Notes: generated by a model not told the origin, from the letters alone. 64,000 nucleotides of DNA from Lama guanicoe (GCA_013239625.1 MU053448.1:248001-312000), one strand, 5' to 3'. Positions 13,665-28,566 are shown, counted from the stretch's first letter. A program made the numbers and translations.

Positions 13665-14070
13665 GTGTTGTGAGAGTCCCAGGACCACCCCCACGTTTGG
13701 TAATTCTCCAGACGGACTCGCAGCTGAGTTTATTATGACAGAAGGACACAGAACAGGATCAGGGAGGGGAAAAGATGCAAAGGTGGTGATGGAAGTGGGC
13801 GCAGGCTTCCTGTGGTCCCTCGTGGGGGCGCATGGGGCCTGGGATGCAGAGTGTTCCCGCCCAGGAAAGAGGAGCCCACAGAACACCTGGGGCCGAGGCT
13901 TCACTGGGGCTGGGGCAGAGGCACGGCCACCTGTGTGACCGGCCCCCATCACCGAAACCCCAGAACCCCCGGAAGGAGAGGAGGAGCACCTCCTAAATCA
14001 CTGTGTCTGTGAACAGTGTAGACAAGCTTGGACGGCATGGCTGTGCCCCGGGAATAGAAAACAGCTGTCA
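13665..14070. mobile_element. Degenerate LTR (MER21/MER77-like)
   Basis: cccaggaccacccccacgtttggtaattctcc...ggactc...gtttattat...gcaggcttcc motifs. Confidence 0.4.
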
Positions 14071-14399
14071 GTCGGTAACACAGGCAACAGTCTGAGGGCT
14101 GAGTTCCCAGGAGTTGCAGGCTGGCGTGTTGGAGCTGAGCAGCCAGGCCTGCTGTGCCGTTTTTATAACCTTGCTGTCCTGATGTGGCTCTCTGTGTATG
14201 TGGAGGAAATATTTAAGGCAGTTATAAAGGGGGAAGAAGGGAAGATACAGGGACCTAAAAGGAGGTCCTAGTGGTCCCTGCACTTAAAGTGGTAGCATGC
14301 TGATAGCGGTAGATTGTGGTGACGTATGTGATGTGTGATGTCAGACCTTGACCCTGACAGACCTGTGCAAGGGGTGCTCTCAGAAATACCACAGGTAAA

Positions 14400-15505
14400 T
14401 CACGGTGGAATTCTCAGGCATGCTGAAGTGACCCGCAGGAAGGATGAAACAGAGCCTACTTAACTATCAGTAATTACTTTGTGTGTAAATATATTAAATG
14501 CCAGTGGTCTGAAGACAGTTACAAGGTAGAGATGGGTAGAGTGGATTAAAAACATGACTATATGTATAAGAAGCTCACTTCAAGTTAATGATACACGTAG
14601 GTTGGAAATAGAAGGGTGGAAAAAGATGGATCATGCAGACATTAATCAAAAAAAAGCAGGAGTGGGGGAGAGGATAGAGCTCACTGGTAGAGCACGTGCT
14701 TAGCCTGCGTGAGGTCCTGGGTTCAATCCCCAGTGCCTCCATTTAATTAATTGATTAATTGATTAATTAATTAATAATTACCTCCTTCCCAATAAAGAAA
14801 GAAAAGAAAGGAAGGAAGCGGGAGCGACTGTATGAATGTAAGATAAAGTAGATTTCAGAGCCAAGAATATTACCAGGGACAAGAAGGGACATTACATAAT
14901 GATAAAAAGATCAAGCCACCAAGAAAATACAGCAGACCTGAATGTTTATGCACCAAACAACAGAGTTTCAAAGCACTTGGACTAAAAACTGTCGTAAGTG
15001 AGAGGAGAAATGAACAACTGCACAGTTGTAGTTGGGGAAGTCAGCCTTCCTCTCACCTAGTAATTGAAAGAGTCAGTACAGAAAGTCAGCAACGAAAACA
15101 GCTAAACACCATCAGCCAGCAGGTTGATTATTGTTGACATGTCAGAGCGCTTCACCCAGCAACAGCAGAGCACACACTCTTTTTAAGCGCCCGTGGCGCG
15201 TCCTCCAAGATAGACCATATCCTAGGACAGACCACAACACAATTAAAAGAACTGAAATATGACAGTGTGTTATCTGACCACAGTGAACTCAAACTAGGAA
15301 TCAGTAACAAAAAGATGACGAGAAAATCTCCGAACACTTGCAGATGAACACATTTCTAAATGATCCTTGGGGCAAGAGGAAGTCTCAAGGGAAATTTTTA
15401 AAAAGACATTGAACTAAATGAAATGCAAATACATCAGAATTTGCGGGGCACAGCTAAAGAAGTGTGCGAGGGAAATGCATAGCACTGAATGCTTGCATTA
15501 GGAGT
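14400..15505 (+). mobile_element. L1M ORF2 (endonuclease-region) fragment interrupted by a SINE
   Basis: agataaagtagatttcagagcc, gaagggacattacataatgataaa, ccaagatagaccatat, tctgaccacagtg, gagggaaatgcatagcactgaatgc. Confidence 0.8.
14664..14815 (+). mobile_element. tRNA-derived SINE (Vic-1-like) with (TAAT)n expansion in the tail
   Basis: A/B-box head; degenerate TSD aagcaggagtg/aagcgggagcg. Confidence 0.85.
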
Positions 15506-15928
15506 CTCCGTGCAGAGCGTGTGCCCATGTCCTTAGACAAGCTTGGAGGTCCCCTCTTACAGGAAGCCACCCTGACTACCTTTCCTGCCAGCCCACCCTG
15601 TGGGGCCTGCTGTCCCCACTCCCTGTGCATCCTGAGCATGCAGCTCCCCCTACCCCATCAGAGTCTGTCCTGGATGTCTCCCTCCGGAGACTGGGAGCAG
15701 TTCCATAGGGGCAGCAGTGAGGCTCTAAGATACATTCATTTCTCCTTGCAGGACCTCAAAATGCTTTTTGTGGGACCAGCAGTTTATTAAATGCTGAAAA
15801 CCAAATGGCTTCGTTTGCTTCTGTTTTAGCAAGCTTGTTTTCACATCTTCAGGTTGAAAACACAGATACCAGGAAGGGTGGTCTAACAGGTGCTCCGGAT
15901 CCTTACACCCGAGGGCCCTGTGTACTGA

Positions 15929-16255
<327 letters not shown>

Positions 16256-16295
16256 TGATTCCAGGTCCTGGGTCATCACAGTGCGTTTTATGTGA

Positions 16296-16610
<315 letters not shown>

Positions 16611-18339
16611 TGAGTGTCTGCAGCCTTTCAGCCAGGAGCAGGCTGCGGGAGGGTGTGTGGGAGTTGTGGGGCGGGGGTGACAGGGCTCGAACCCTGTGCA
16701 CCTCAGCTCTCCTGCAACACCCGGACTCTGACCAGGGAGGGGCGGGGAGCTCGACTGCCAGGTCCAGCTGCCCGCCGGGCTTGACCGGCCCAGGCCTGGG
16801 GGCAGCTCCACGCAGGGTGCAGCCCGTCTGTCACATTGGCTGGCCGGCTACAGGGCCCTGGGGCAGGGGTGCCCTGTGGGGTGCAGCCCTGCAAGGCCTG
16901 ACCAGCACTGGTTTGGGGCTCTGCACACAAACAGAGCCTTCGTGATCTCAGGCAGCATTGTCCGTGATAAAACGGGACTGCAGGAGCCCTTGTCTTGTAC
17001 AAAACTGCCTTTTATCTCATATCCATTAATACTTCCCTGAGAGCTGGACGACTGCCTTGCTAAGTGACTTGGGCCCACGTGTGGACCACCCATGGGAGAG
17101 TGCTCTTATGGGCAGTCGGCTGGTGAGGCTGAGCCCCCGGGGCTGTCACTGGTGTCTTGGGAGATGGCGAGGTGACCCATTCGGCCACTGGGGAGGGAAA
17201 GACTGTCGGTGAGCCTGGCTCAGGAGCCTGAGTCCATGGTCAGAAGTAGATGGGTAACGCTGGGGTCATAAAAGTGGTGCTCAGATCCTGGCCAGAGGAG
17301 GGCATTTTTAATGTTGGAGATGAAGCCATTTAGGCCAAATCCAGAGCTGGTGTGGGGCAGAGCTGTGGACTTCAGGGCCGCTCCCCACATGTCCTCGCCC
17401 CACTGGGTGGCCGGGCGCGTGGCACCTTGTGCACCTTGCATGGATGATGCTGTGTTGCTGGCGGTGCCCTGCTCTTTAGTGTCTGCTGGGGCTACACGTG
17501 TGGAGGAACATCCCCCCCCGGGAGGGTCCGAGCTCACGCTGGGTGATGTGGAGACCTGGGGGGCGGGTGGTGTGGGGTGTGGACCATGAGAGGAAGGGTC
17601 GGCCTCTCAGGCAGGCAGGGCCATGGGTGCTTGTGGGTCAGCCCTGGGTGCTGGGATGAGGGGTTTGAAATCTCTTAAGTCTCCAGTTTTGTCCCTCTGT
17701 GGTTTTTTGGCTTTCCCACGTCTTTTGTGTGACTGTCCACTCCGGAGTCAGCTCGGGGGTTCTGACTGAGTCAGCGTTGAGTGCAGGATTGAGTCAGGGA
17801 ACACTGACTCTTTGTCCAGGCTTTGTGTCTTGTGTCTTTTGCTGCCACATCACAACGTCCAGGGCTCGGGAGCCCTGGGGGAAGCCGTGCGGGTATCACC
17901 ATGGAGTAGGCGTTTAGCTGCAGGGCTTTGGCTTAGTCCTTTATCGGATTAAGCCACTCCCCTCTGTGCCTGTGAAGTGAGTTTTATCCAATACCTTTCC
18001 TACCTCTGCTGGGCATAATGCCTCCTCGGAAGATACAGGCAAAGCTGGGAGTCATGGCGGGTTTGGTTCCAGACCGCAGCAAAGAAGCGAGCCACAGGAA
18101 CTGTTTGGTTTCCCAGGGCGTGTCCAATTATGTTTACGCTTGACTGTAGTCTGTTAAGTGCGCAACAGCATTATGTCTTAAAGAATGTACACGCTGTAAT
18201 TAAAAACACGTCGTTGCTAAAACATGCCAACCATCACCTGAGCCTTTAGCAAGTTGTGACCTTTTTGCCATAGTAACATCCAAGATCACTGATCACAGAT
18301 CACCCTAACAAATAAAATAATGATGAAGGAGTTTAAAAT

Positions 18340-18500
18340 GGGGGTGGGTGTAGCTCAGGGGTAGAGCGCATGCTTAGGGTGCACAAGGTCCTGGGTTCAA
18401 GCCCCAGTACATCCATCGAAAAACAAACTAAATAATTACCTCCCCGCTGCAGAAAAACAAGGAAAAAGGAAAATTTTTGAAAATTTTTTAAATTAAAAAA
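18340..18500 (+). mobile_element. tRNA-derived SINE (Vic-1-like)
   Basis: GTAGCTCAGGGGTAGAGCGCATGCTTAG...GGTCCTGGGTTCAAGCCCCAGTAC. Confidence 0.85.
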
Positions 18501-18526
18501 ATAGAAAAGGGTTTAAAAAAAATCAA

Positions 18527-18700
18527 GGGAGGGTATATCTCAAGTGGTAGAACGCAAGCTTAGCGTGCACGAGGTCCTACGTTCGATCACCAGTACCGCC
18601 ATCAAGGTAGACAGATAGAGAAACAGAGAAATAAATAAATCTAATCCCCCAAAACAAAGACCAAAACCAAATAAAAAATAAAAACAAAAATACGTATAAG
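18527..18700 (+). mobile_element. tRNA-derived SINE (Vic-1-like), tandem to the previous copy
   Basis: GGGAGGGTATATCTCAAGTGGTAGAACGC...GTTCGATCACCAGTACC with A-rich tail. Confidence 0.82.
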
Positions 18701-18780
18701 GGGAAAAACCCTAAAAAATTTTTCTTAACTTTAAAAAATACTACGAGAATTACAAAGTGTGACAAAGAGACATGCAGTGA

Positions 18781-19329
<549 letters not shown>

Positions 19330-19737
19330 TGACTATTTAGACTTTAATTTGAATTTGTTTGCTACAGTTGAAAAACAGAAAAACTTTCAAATTAAAATGA
19401 AACATTTGTTTCCTTTTTGGAAATACGATTTTAAAACTTCAACAAATCATGTCATCTTTTTTTGTTGTTGTTCCTATTCTATTTTTTTCTCTACATATGA
19501 TGTTATATTTATCTATATATAGTTCTAAAAACTGTTGAGTTTTTTCTATTTGTTCTATTTTGAAACCCATTTTATTAAATAAATTTGGAAAATTTGAAAA
19601 GTCTTTAAAAAAAAGAAAAACAGAAATGCAATGAAGTTCATCGTTAAAGAATGGTTTACTCTGTGAGCATCATCAGAATGTTTTATTATGTATTATTTGC
19701 TGCATCTAAATGAACATATGTGACATACACATAAGGT

Positions 19738-19920
19738 ATAGAGCACCGCTGCCCCAGAGAGCTGGCTGTGATGGAGAGGTCAGATCTGAGGCTGTTGAGC
19801 CCTCAAAAGTGTGGCTCCGTGTGACAGAAGAACTGATTTTTACATTTTACTGAATTTTAGTTATTTGATGTTTAAAGAGCTGCACATGCCCCATCCCCGC
19901 CGTGGTGGAAAGCGTGATAA
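19738..19920. mobile_element. hAT-Charlie MITE (MER3-like)
   Basis: aagtgtggctccgtgtgacagaagaactgatttttacatttta motif. Confidence 0.5.
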
Positions 19921-20846
19921 AGCAGACACTGGGACCCCCTCATCACTAAGAAGTCACGTGTGGGACACCCGCTTTCTCCACTGATTCCTCTGGTGTCATT
20001 TAGCCTGTCCCTCTGTCCCCTGTAGGTCATGTCAACTGACAGCTCTGAACTGAGGGCCTAGTGAGTGTGACAGGAGCTCTCAGGGGCCTCGCTCTGCGTC
20101 TCCCTCAGGACTGCTGTTAAATGCTCCCTTCGTGATGTGTGTCCATTGTACTATAATTTGAGTATCTTCTGTGTTACATTTGATGCACACACCTCTCCCT
20201 GTCTGTGGCTTGAGTTTTCACTCTGGTAGTGGTGGTATTTGATAAACTGATACTCTGTTTGAATATAGTCACTTTTTTTCATAGTTAACACATTTTGTAT
20301 CTCTTGAAAGAAGTCCTTTTCTACCTAGGAGTCATGAAGGTGTTCTTGTGTATTTCCATCCACACGTGGTGGGTTTTGCTTTCAGTTCTAATCCTTCTGG
20401 GATTGGCTTTGGTGTCTCATGTGAGACGTGGAGGAAGTCTCTTTGTCCCTCTCTAGGGGGGTGACCAGTTGTCCCTCCTTCCACGGCTGAAGGACAATGC
20501 CTCTCCCTGCTGGTCCCCAGGGCCACTCTGTCCCCCTGCAGGTTCCAGTGGACACGCTGCTCCATCTCTTGTCTTCCTTCCATGTTCCACTGGTCTGTGT
20601 ATCTGTCCCTGGCTTCCCACTCATAGTCTTATGCGTTATAGCTCTTACTTCTGTCCTGACACCTGACAGGATGTGTTCCTGACCTCGTGTCTTCAAGTAC
20701 CTGCTGCCTTTTCGTCGATCCTGGTTCTGCTTTGAAAGGACTAGAATCAGCTTGTCAAATGGATTGAAAAAGTGCATTGGGATTTCAGTGGGAATTGCAT
20801 TGCCTTTCTAGCTCCATGTAGGGAGGTCTTTGCTCTGTTGCTTCTT

Positions 20847-20962
20847 GAGGGGGGTGGGTAATTAGGTTATTTATTTATTTTTAGAAGTGGTACTGGGGAT
20901 TGAACCCAGGACCCCATGCATGCTAAGCACACGCTTTACCGCTTGAGCTGTCCCTCCCTGCC
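20847..20962 (-). mobile_element. tRNA-derived SINE (Vic-1-like)
   Basis: Perfect 16-bp TSD TGCTCTGTTGCTTCTT at 20831-20846 and 20963-20978; ggtactggggattgaacccaggacc core. Confidence 0.9.
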
Positions 20963-21804
20963 TGCTCTGTTGCTTCTTAAAGCAGTCTCTGGTCTCTGGG
21001 GCCCCAGCAGCTTGGCAGGGGCAGGGTCCTCTTTTGCAGAGACCGGGACCAGGGTGCCCCGTACACTGTGCTGCACATGGCAGTCAGACTGCCGGGCCTG
21101 TAGGGGCTGGCTGAGCCACGGGACTGGCCGCCTCGCACCTGTGTCTGCAAAAATCAAAGTATGTTGGATACGGCCTCTGGTTGAAACCCACATCTTCCAG
21201 CTTCTCTTCTGCTGCTCTGCTCCCAGGAGACCCTTTCCAGAGAGAGGGGACCCCCAGGCCCTCATTGCCCCACCCCCTGTGACTCGCACAGCCGCCCTGC
21301 CCTGCAGCACTGGTGGTGGGAGGGGGAGTGGCAGGTGGCTCCCCGAGGAGCCGGTGTCCAGGGCAGCCTTGCCCCAGAAACAGCTGAGGGAGAGCTGAAT
21401 CTTCACCCTAAATACATGTGAATTTTTAACAACCAAATAAGTGAGGGAAAAACTCCTTTAAATAGTAATCACTTAAGAAATTGAAATTTTTACTACAGAA
21501 CAGCTCCCCTCACGTGTGGCTTTTCCTGAACACGCACGTGAAGCGCAGCCTCGTCCATGTGTGTCCGGGCCTGAGGGTGCCCCTCGGTCACTGGCCCCGG
21601 GGCAGGGCGGGGCCGCCCTATGGGATTGATCAGGTTGGTGGCAGAGACTCCTTAAAGGCTGGTGTCTCTTCTGGTCCAGATGCCCTTTTAGGAAATAAGA
21701 TAAACTGTTACAAGCTTTTCCTTCACAAAATAGAAAATGTCAAGGACTTCCTTATATGAGCAGAAAATAATTATGGACCCAAACTCCTAGGGTCCTATTA
21801 GGAC

Positions 21805-21996
21805 TAACAGATGCACACGGCTATATATTAAATACATAACCAACAAGGGCCCCCTGTACAGCACAGGGAACTGGATTCAGTCTCTTGTAATAACCTGTAA
21901 TGGAAAAGAATAGACATATATACATGTATGACTGAGTCCCTTTGCTGTACGTGTGAAACTAACTTGTAAATCAACTACACTTCAATTTAAAAAAAA
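21805..21996 (+). mobile_element. 5'-truncated L1 3' end (cetartiodactyl type)
   Basis: caacaagg..cctgtacagcacagggaact...gtaaatcaactacacttcaat followed by poly(A). Confidence 0.8.
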
Positions 21997-22372
21997 CTCT
22001 AGTTTTCAGGTGATTGATGGTCTTGAGTAAATGTTTCCTTGCAGACTTTTCGTTGTTTGGCCTGAAATAACTGCAGATGGGTCAGGTTCACTGCCTGGTG
22101 ACTCACCTACAAATGGGTAACCTTGATGATACAATAATCTTAGTACATCTCATTGCGGTGTAACGTAATGTAATGTAACACAATAATGCAATACGATAAT
22201 ATAATTATATACTGCTCCACAAGAAAAAAATGCAATGATGGAACCACAGGAGTTTGAAGCTGGAGGGGCAGGACTTACTATCTCTTCTCAGCTCAAAGGA
22301 GTTGCCAGGATGACACTTGGACATTTGTTGCTTCTGGAAGGAGTGTGATCCTGTGTTAGACACTTCAGAATT

Positions 22373-22541
22373 GCGGGAGGAGGGTAGAGCTCAGTGGTAG
22401 AGCGGGTGCTTAGCATGCACGAGGTCCTGGGTTCAGTCCTCAGTACCTCCAGTAAAGTAAATAAATAAATAAACCTAATTACCTCCCTCCCAAAAATAAA
22501 TAAGTAAAAATAGTAATGAAAAATACTTAAAAAAAAAAAAA
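22373..22541 (+). mobile_element. tRNA-derived SINE (Vic-1-like)
   Basis: AGCTCAGTGGTAGAGCGGGTGCTTAGCATGCACGAGGTCCTGGGTTCAGTCC, A-rich tail, cttcagaa flanks. Confidence 0.88.
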
Positions 22542-23659
22542 CCTTCAGAAAAGAGAAATCTCGGACCGATGAGATCCTTACCTGCTCAGACCCTTCAATC
22601 CCCCTGTTATCTATCCCTGGACGCCCTTCTGAGTCGTCTGGGACTCTCAAAGACCCCCTAGCCCTGGGGGACCAGCCCCCACGGTGGACGGACCCCCAGC
22701 TCTCAGTAGGTGGGTGAGGATTGGGCCTTGCTGCCCCACTGACACACATCCTTGGTGTCTCCTCCCTTCTGACCCCCCAGCCTGGGTCTCTACACCGTGT
22801 ACTTACTCCCCTGAGTGAGGAGGGCAGCGCTGGGCATCTGGAAAACACGTTATGAATAGCTGTCAGTTGATCTTAAAGCAGACTTCGGCTTATGAGTGGA
22901 TGGCTGCTTGCAAAACAACTAAAAAGACTGCCTGCAGCTCAGCTGATCCCACTGCAGGTCCCGTGGCCCTCCCTCCGGCCCTCCTTGCACTGGGTCCCTC
23001 TGCCCCCCCCTCCCCCTCACCTGTCAGTCACCTCTGGTGCTGGCGAGAAGCCACGCTCACCGTGTTGGGCCGTCTGCCCCAGGCCCTGCTCCAGCCTGGA
23101 ATTCTGCACTGTTGCTTTGGTCTCTTTGGAAATAGGGGTAATGCCTCCCAGTAGGTCCACCTGGGTGGACTCCAGAAGGTGGAAGAGAGGGGTGCCTGGC
23201 TCCCTGCACTCCATCTCGTCACACCCAGACTCCGGACGCTGACCTCTCCTTGGCGGTTACTTTGGTGTCTCCAAGGGAGGTGGTGGTAAAATATGTTTGG
23301 CATCTGTGTGGGCTCCCACTAATATAAATGGAGATGTTAAGGGTAGATGTGGCCCTCAAACTGTCATGAACTAGACAAGTGGGTTAGCTGTCCCCCAGCT
23401 GCCGGGGACGCCGTTCCTGTGGTGTGGCCCCGGCTGGCGCCAGAAATTTGCTCAGTGACCAAAAACTCTGATCTTGCTCTGAATCTCTGCACTGGATGGA
23501 TGCTTCTGACTCTCTGAAGAAGGGCTGTTTTCATTTTGGTTTTCAAATTCTGCTGTCTAAACCCAACCCAAAATTTTTGGTAATGTAGGGGTTGTTTTAC
23601 CTTGTATTTGTGTATGCTTGCTAGATTTTTTGTTTTAGATAGCTTTACGGCGCTTGTTG

Positions 23660-24086
23660 TTTTTTTTTAAATTGAAATATAGTCAGTTACAATTGTGTCA
23701 ATTTCTGGTGTACAGCATAGTGTCCCAGTCATGCATGTATATACATAGATTCTTTTTCATTAAAGGTCATTAGAAGATACTGAACATAATTCCCTGTGCT
23801 AGACAGAAAAAAATTGTTTTTTAATCTATTTTTATATATAGTTAATATTCTCAAATCTCGAACTTCCAGATTTACCCTTTCTCACCCCCTTCTTCCCCCC
23901 CACCGGTAACATAAGGTTGTTTACTAAGTCTGCAGGTCTGTTTCTGCTGTGAGGATGAGCTCATTAGTGCCCTCTTTTTCCTTTTCTTAGATTCCACATA
24001 TGAGTGATATCATATGGTGTTTCTCTTTCTCTTTCTGGCTGACTTCACTTAGAACAGTGATCTCCAGGTCCATCCCTGTTGCTGCA
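23660..24086 (-). mobile_element. Relatively young L1 3' end, antisense
   Basis: Poly-T then aattgaaatatagtcagttacaat...ttagattccacatatgagtgatatcatatggt; short gcttgtt flanking repeat. Confidence 0.8.
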
Positions 24087-25557
24087 TGCTTGTTTCTGCC
24101 CTTTGGTTTGGGGGCAGAAGTCGGAGCTCATTGGCCGCGGCAGCAGGAAGCAGCACGGGTGGCCCGTCTGGAGGGGCGCTGCCGGCGGGCGGGCGCTCCA
24201 CTGCCGGTAGAGCGCCTGTCTGCGTGGCTCTGTCCCCACGATGCCACCCACTGGCTGGGCCACTTTCTGCAGTCAGTCACCTTCCAATGCCCTCCCGCCC
24301 TCTGTTGGTGCAGGCGGGCCAATCACCCGTCTCCACTTTGCATTTCTCACTTGACAGTAAATATGTCCTGGAGACCACAGCACATGGGTAAGTGGTGACG
24401 TTCCTCAGCTGCACAGGCTCCCACGGACACCACCCTCCTCCCTGTGGTTGCAGGGTGCGCCCCACAGTCCGATGCTTTCCTTCCTTGAGTGTGTCCCCCC
24501 AACACACACACACTCTCCTAGTGCAGGAGGCCCGGGAGCAGGTCCTGTGCGTGCCGGCCCAGAGGGCGCCTGTCACGTGTATTCTGCACACAGGGTTTGG
24601 GCACAGGTGACCAGGACTGGGGGGGGTCGGCCTCCCTTTGGAGGGTTCTGGTGGAGCCAGGGCTGGCTGGCTGGCTGCTGCGCTGGGTGTCTGTTAGGTG
24701 ACAACGGGACCCTCACCTGATGGGGACAGAAAGCCTGCTCTCCCTCCTCTTGGTCCTTGCTGTCACCTTGGGGGAGCTCCTCAAGGGAAACTCTTGGCAG
24801 TCAGGATGCTGTGACTCTCTGACGCCCACTTCTCTGTCTAATAATCTGCTTTATTACGGGTTCAGGGTGGGTGGAGAGTAAGAGACGTGGGAACTCCTGC
24901 TCGTCCTCTGCCCTGAGGTGACAGCACCGCGGTCGGGGGAGCCCTCCCCCGTTTGCGGGCCCCGGCCTCGGGAAGGGCGCCCTGTGCGTGACCACCTTCG
25001 GGTGCACGGTGGGACTGGGAGTTCTGTCGCCCCTGTGACGCTGGAAGTGAACTCTGTCTCCGCAGTGCGCTCTCCTGGAGGGTGGCTGGGCCGTGCGCGG
25101 TGCAGGGTGTCGTCAGCTCTGAAGGAGCCGGTGATACAGCCGCACACTCAGGGCCACTGCTTGGGACTTCGGGGCTCTGGGGACACTGCTGCCACCCTTT
25201 CCTGCTGCCTCCTGCCCTGTTTGCACAGGAACTGCCTTCTTTCTGCCTGGGCAGGGAGGGCTGTCAGACCATAAATGCTGGAAAGCAAAGGCCATGTTCA
25301 AGGCTGGGCTTGTGCGTGTCCACATTGAAATTAGTCACAAGTAAGTAAACTGAAAATTCAGTTCCTCAGCCACATTGATCACCACCCGTGGCGGGCAGTA
25401 CCTCGGAGGAGAGCACACAGAGAACTTTTCCACCAGCCCCGAGACTCCATTTATTTTACACTAAATGACAGATGTGCCTTGTTTTCAGCACTGATTTCTT
25501 CTTTCTCCATCTTTGCTGCGAGATAAACTTCCTAACGCGGCCTTCTCTCTGTTCTAG

Positions 25558-25722
<165 letters not shown>

Positions 25723-25793
25723 TGAGGTAACTGGTAATTTAATATAGTTAAGTGAGTATTCAATCACCGAAGTATTTAGGGCTGGAAAAGCTT

Positions 25794-25915
25794 GGGTGGG
25801 GGAGGGTACAGCTCAGTGTAGAGTGTGTGCCTATCCTGCACAAGGTCCTGGCTTCAATCCCCAGTATCTCCATTAAAATAAATACATAAACCTAATTAAC
25901 TCCCCCACAAAAAAA
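25794..25915 (+). mobile_element. tRNA-derived SINE (Vic-1-like)
   Basis: GGGAGGGTACAGCTCAGTGTAGAG...GGTCCTGGCTTCAATCCCCAGTATCTCC. Confidence 0.85.
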
Positions 25916-26877
25916 CCCAGAATTGCATAGGAGCAGGAACGTCGAGTATTTGTCCAGCGAGCGGCAGGAGCTCGTGATCCTTGCAGCAGGTGGGCACAGA
26001 GGGTTCACTGTCCTATGCTCTGTTTTTGATTACTTTGGATTTTTCAGTATGTTTTAAAAAGTGTGATTTTTTTCAATACATTTAAAAAAGTGAATATTGA
26101 AACCAGTGGGGGTTTCGGATGGGGAAGGGATGAAATTCATCATCCTCTTCTCCATCAGCTAAGCTCCACCTGGTTGTGTTGACTCTGTTTCCAGACCAGT
26201 TCTGTCCTCTGCTTTCACATGAGTCCACACCATCAGAATGTCCCGTAGAACCTGGGTCACTGCACTGGCCTCCTAACCTGTGTCCCTGCTTCCACCCCTG
26301 CCCCCCTTGCAACTTACTCACGGCACAGCAGCCCAAGTGAAATTGTAAAGTTGTAAATGAAAAAGTTGTAAATGAAAAATCACTCCCCTGCTTGGACCCC
26401 TCCAAGGCTCCCCAGGACCTCAGGCCCTGTTCTCCTGGTGGGATGATTTAGGCGGGGAATTCAGGCCCAGCTGCCCTAACAGATAAGATGTGCGGCCCCC
26501 AGAGATGGAGGTCTGGGGCACTTAGCTCCTCCATCCCAGGCAGAGCTCTCCCTAGTTCTTTATTTGCATGTCAAGTTTTGTCAGATCTTCCCAACAGACC
26601 TGGTTGAAAAGATAGCAGGGATATCCCCATTTTACAGCTGGGCAAACAAAGGCTGAGAGACGGGAGGAGACCCACTCATGGCCAGTCAGTGGCAGACAGA
26701 GTAAAATCAACAGGTAAATAGAGAACAACTGTGATACAGCCATACTTGGCAAAAAAACCAAAAAACAAAAAAAGGAATGATTGATATATTGAGACATATT
26801 GAGACAGCATGGATAAATCTCAAAATAATGATGCTTAGTGAAAGAAGCCAGACGGAAAGGGAGCATGGCTACGTGCG

Positions 26878-27247
26878 TCTGTCTGAGTCTGTTCAGGCTG
26901 CTGTAACAAAACACCACGGACTGTGTGGCTTAGGAAGGGCAGAAAGTTACTTCTCACTGTTGCAGAGGCTGGGAAGTCGGATCAAGGGGCCGGCAGGCTC
27001 AGTGCCTAGTGAGGTCCTGCTCCCTGGTTCACAAGCAGCTGTCTCTGTGCTGTGTGTGCCCGCACGTGGCGGGCGTGCAGGGGAGCGCGCCACAGCCCCT
27101 TTTGCAAGGACACCGATCCCAGTCAGGGCAGCTCGGCCCTCAGGACCTAATTACCTCCCACAGACCCCACCCGCAAATACCATTCCTGTAGAGGTTAGGA
27201 TTTCAACATAGGGATTTTGAGAGAACATAGGCATGCAGTTCATAGCA
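26878..27247. mobile_element. MLT1A-like LTR inserted in an L1M 3' fragment (~26740-27505)
   Basis: tctgttcaggctgctgtaacaaaacaccac...cctaattacctccca...gttaggatttcaacatag...ttcatagca. Confidence 0.7.
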
Positions 27248-27526
27248 GATTCCACTTATAAAAAACCCTGGAAAATGCAAACTCGTCTGCGTGACAGAAA
27301 GCAGATCAGTGGTTGCGCGAGGACACAGCATCCCTGAAGAGGGTGTCGGGAGGATCAGGGATTATAAAGGGGTGTGGGGGGGAGGGGTGGACATGTGCAC
27401 TGTCTGGCGGTTTCACAGATGTACGCCGTGTCAGACTTACCAAAATGTATACTTTGAATGTGTGCGAGATGCTGTATGTCAATTATAGCTCAATAAAGCT
27501 GTTTTTTTCTTTTAAGTGCATATTGA

Positions 27527-27678
27527 GGGGGGAGGGTATAGCTCAGTGGTAGAGCACAAGCTGAGCATGCACCAGGTCCCAGGTTCAATCCCTGGTACTG
27601 CCATAATTAATTAATCAATCAATCTAATTACCTCCCCCTGCAAAAAAATTAAAATAATTTTTAAAAATAAAATTTAAA
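27527..27678 (+). mobile_element. tRNA-derived SINE (Vic-1-like)
   Basis: GGGGGGAGGGTATAGCTCAGTGGTAGAGC head; 13-bp TSD AAGTGMATATTGA (1 mismatch). Confidence 0.88.
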
Positions 27679-27839
27679 AAGTGAATATTGAACAGAAAAC
27701 CCATTTTCTGTTTGAATTAAAATAGCAAACGTGGCAGTTCTGTAAAAGAATTTTCAAAGAAAATCTACATGTGTAATGTTAACTTAAACATCTTTCATTT
27801 GTGGGGGGTTTATTTATTAATTTATTTTTGCCAAGTTAA

Positions 27840-28124
<285 letters not shown>

Positions 28125-28356
28125 TAACAGGACCTTGTCTCAGGGTGGCTGCGAAGGCTTAGTGAGCTAACCTGTGGAAGGGGCTGAGCCCGCCACCTGG
28201 CAGGTGAGACACACACTGTAAACGTCACTGTTTTGTCCATCCCTTCACAAGAAGGCTTCCTCATCAGTTTCTAAGAACAGGAGACAGTGGGAGTTTCTGG
28301 GACAGGAGGCAGGACGTCCGGGAGGAGGTCCCTGATTCCGTATCAGCCTGAGCTAC

Positions 28357-28566
28357 ATCAGGGTCTTAGCCTCCGCACTGTTGCCGTTTCGGACGAGATG
28401 CTCCTTTGTTGGGGGGAGGGTCCTATGAACTGGGACGTTTAGTGGGATCCCTGGCCTCTACTCAGTAGGTGCCACTAGACTCACCCTGACCTGTGACAAC
28501 CAATAATGTCTCCACGCATTGTCGGATGTCCTCTGGATGCAAATCACTCCCCATTAACAACAGCTG
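28357..28566. mobile_element. MER20 (hAT-Charlie)
   Basis: gtttagtgggatccctggcctctac...tgtgacaaccaataatgtctcca...cattg motifs. Confidence 0.75.

Noticed and set aside
26347..26374. 14-bp tandem duplication AAAGTTGTAAATGA x2
   Set aside because: Slippage event within an intronic L2 relic, with no apparent consequence.
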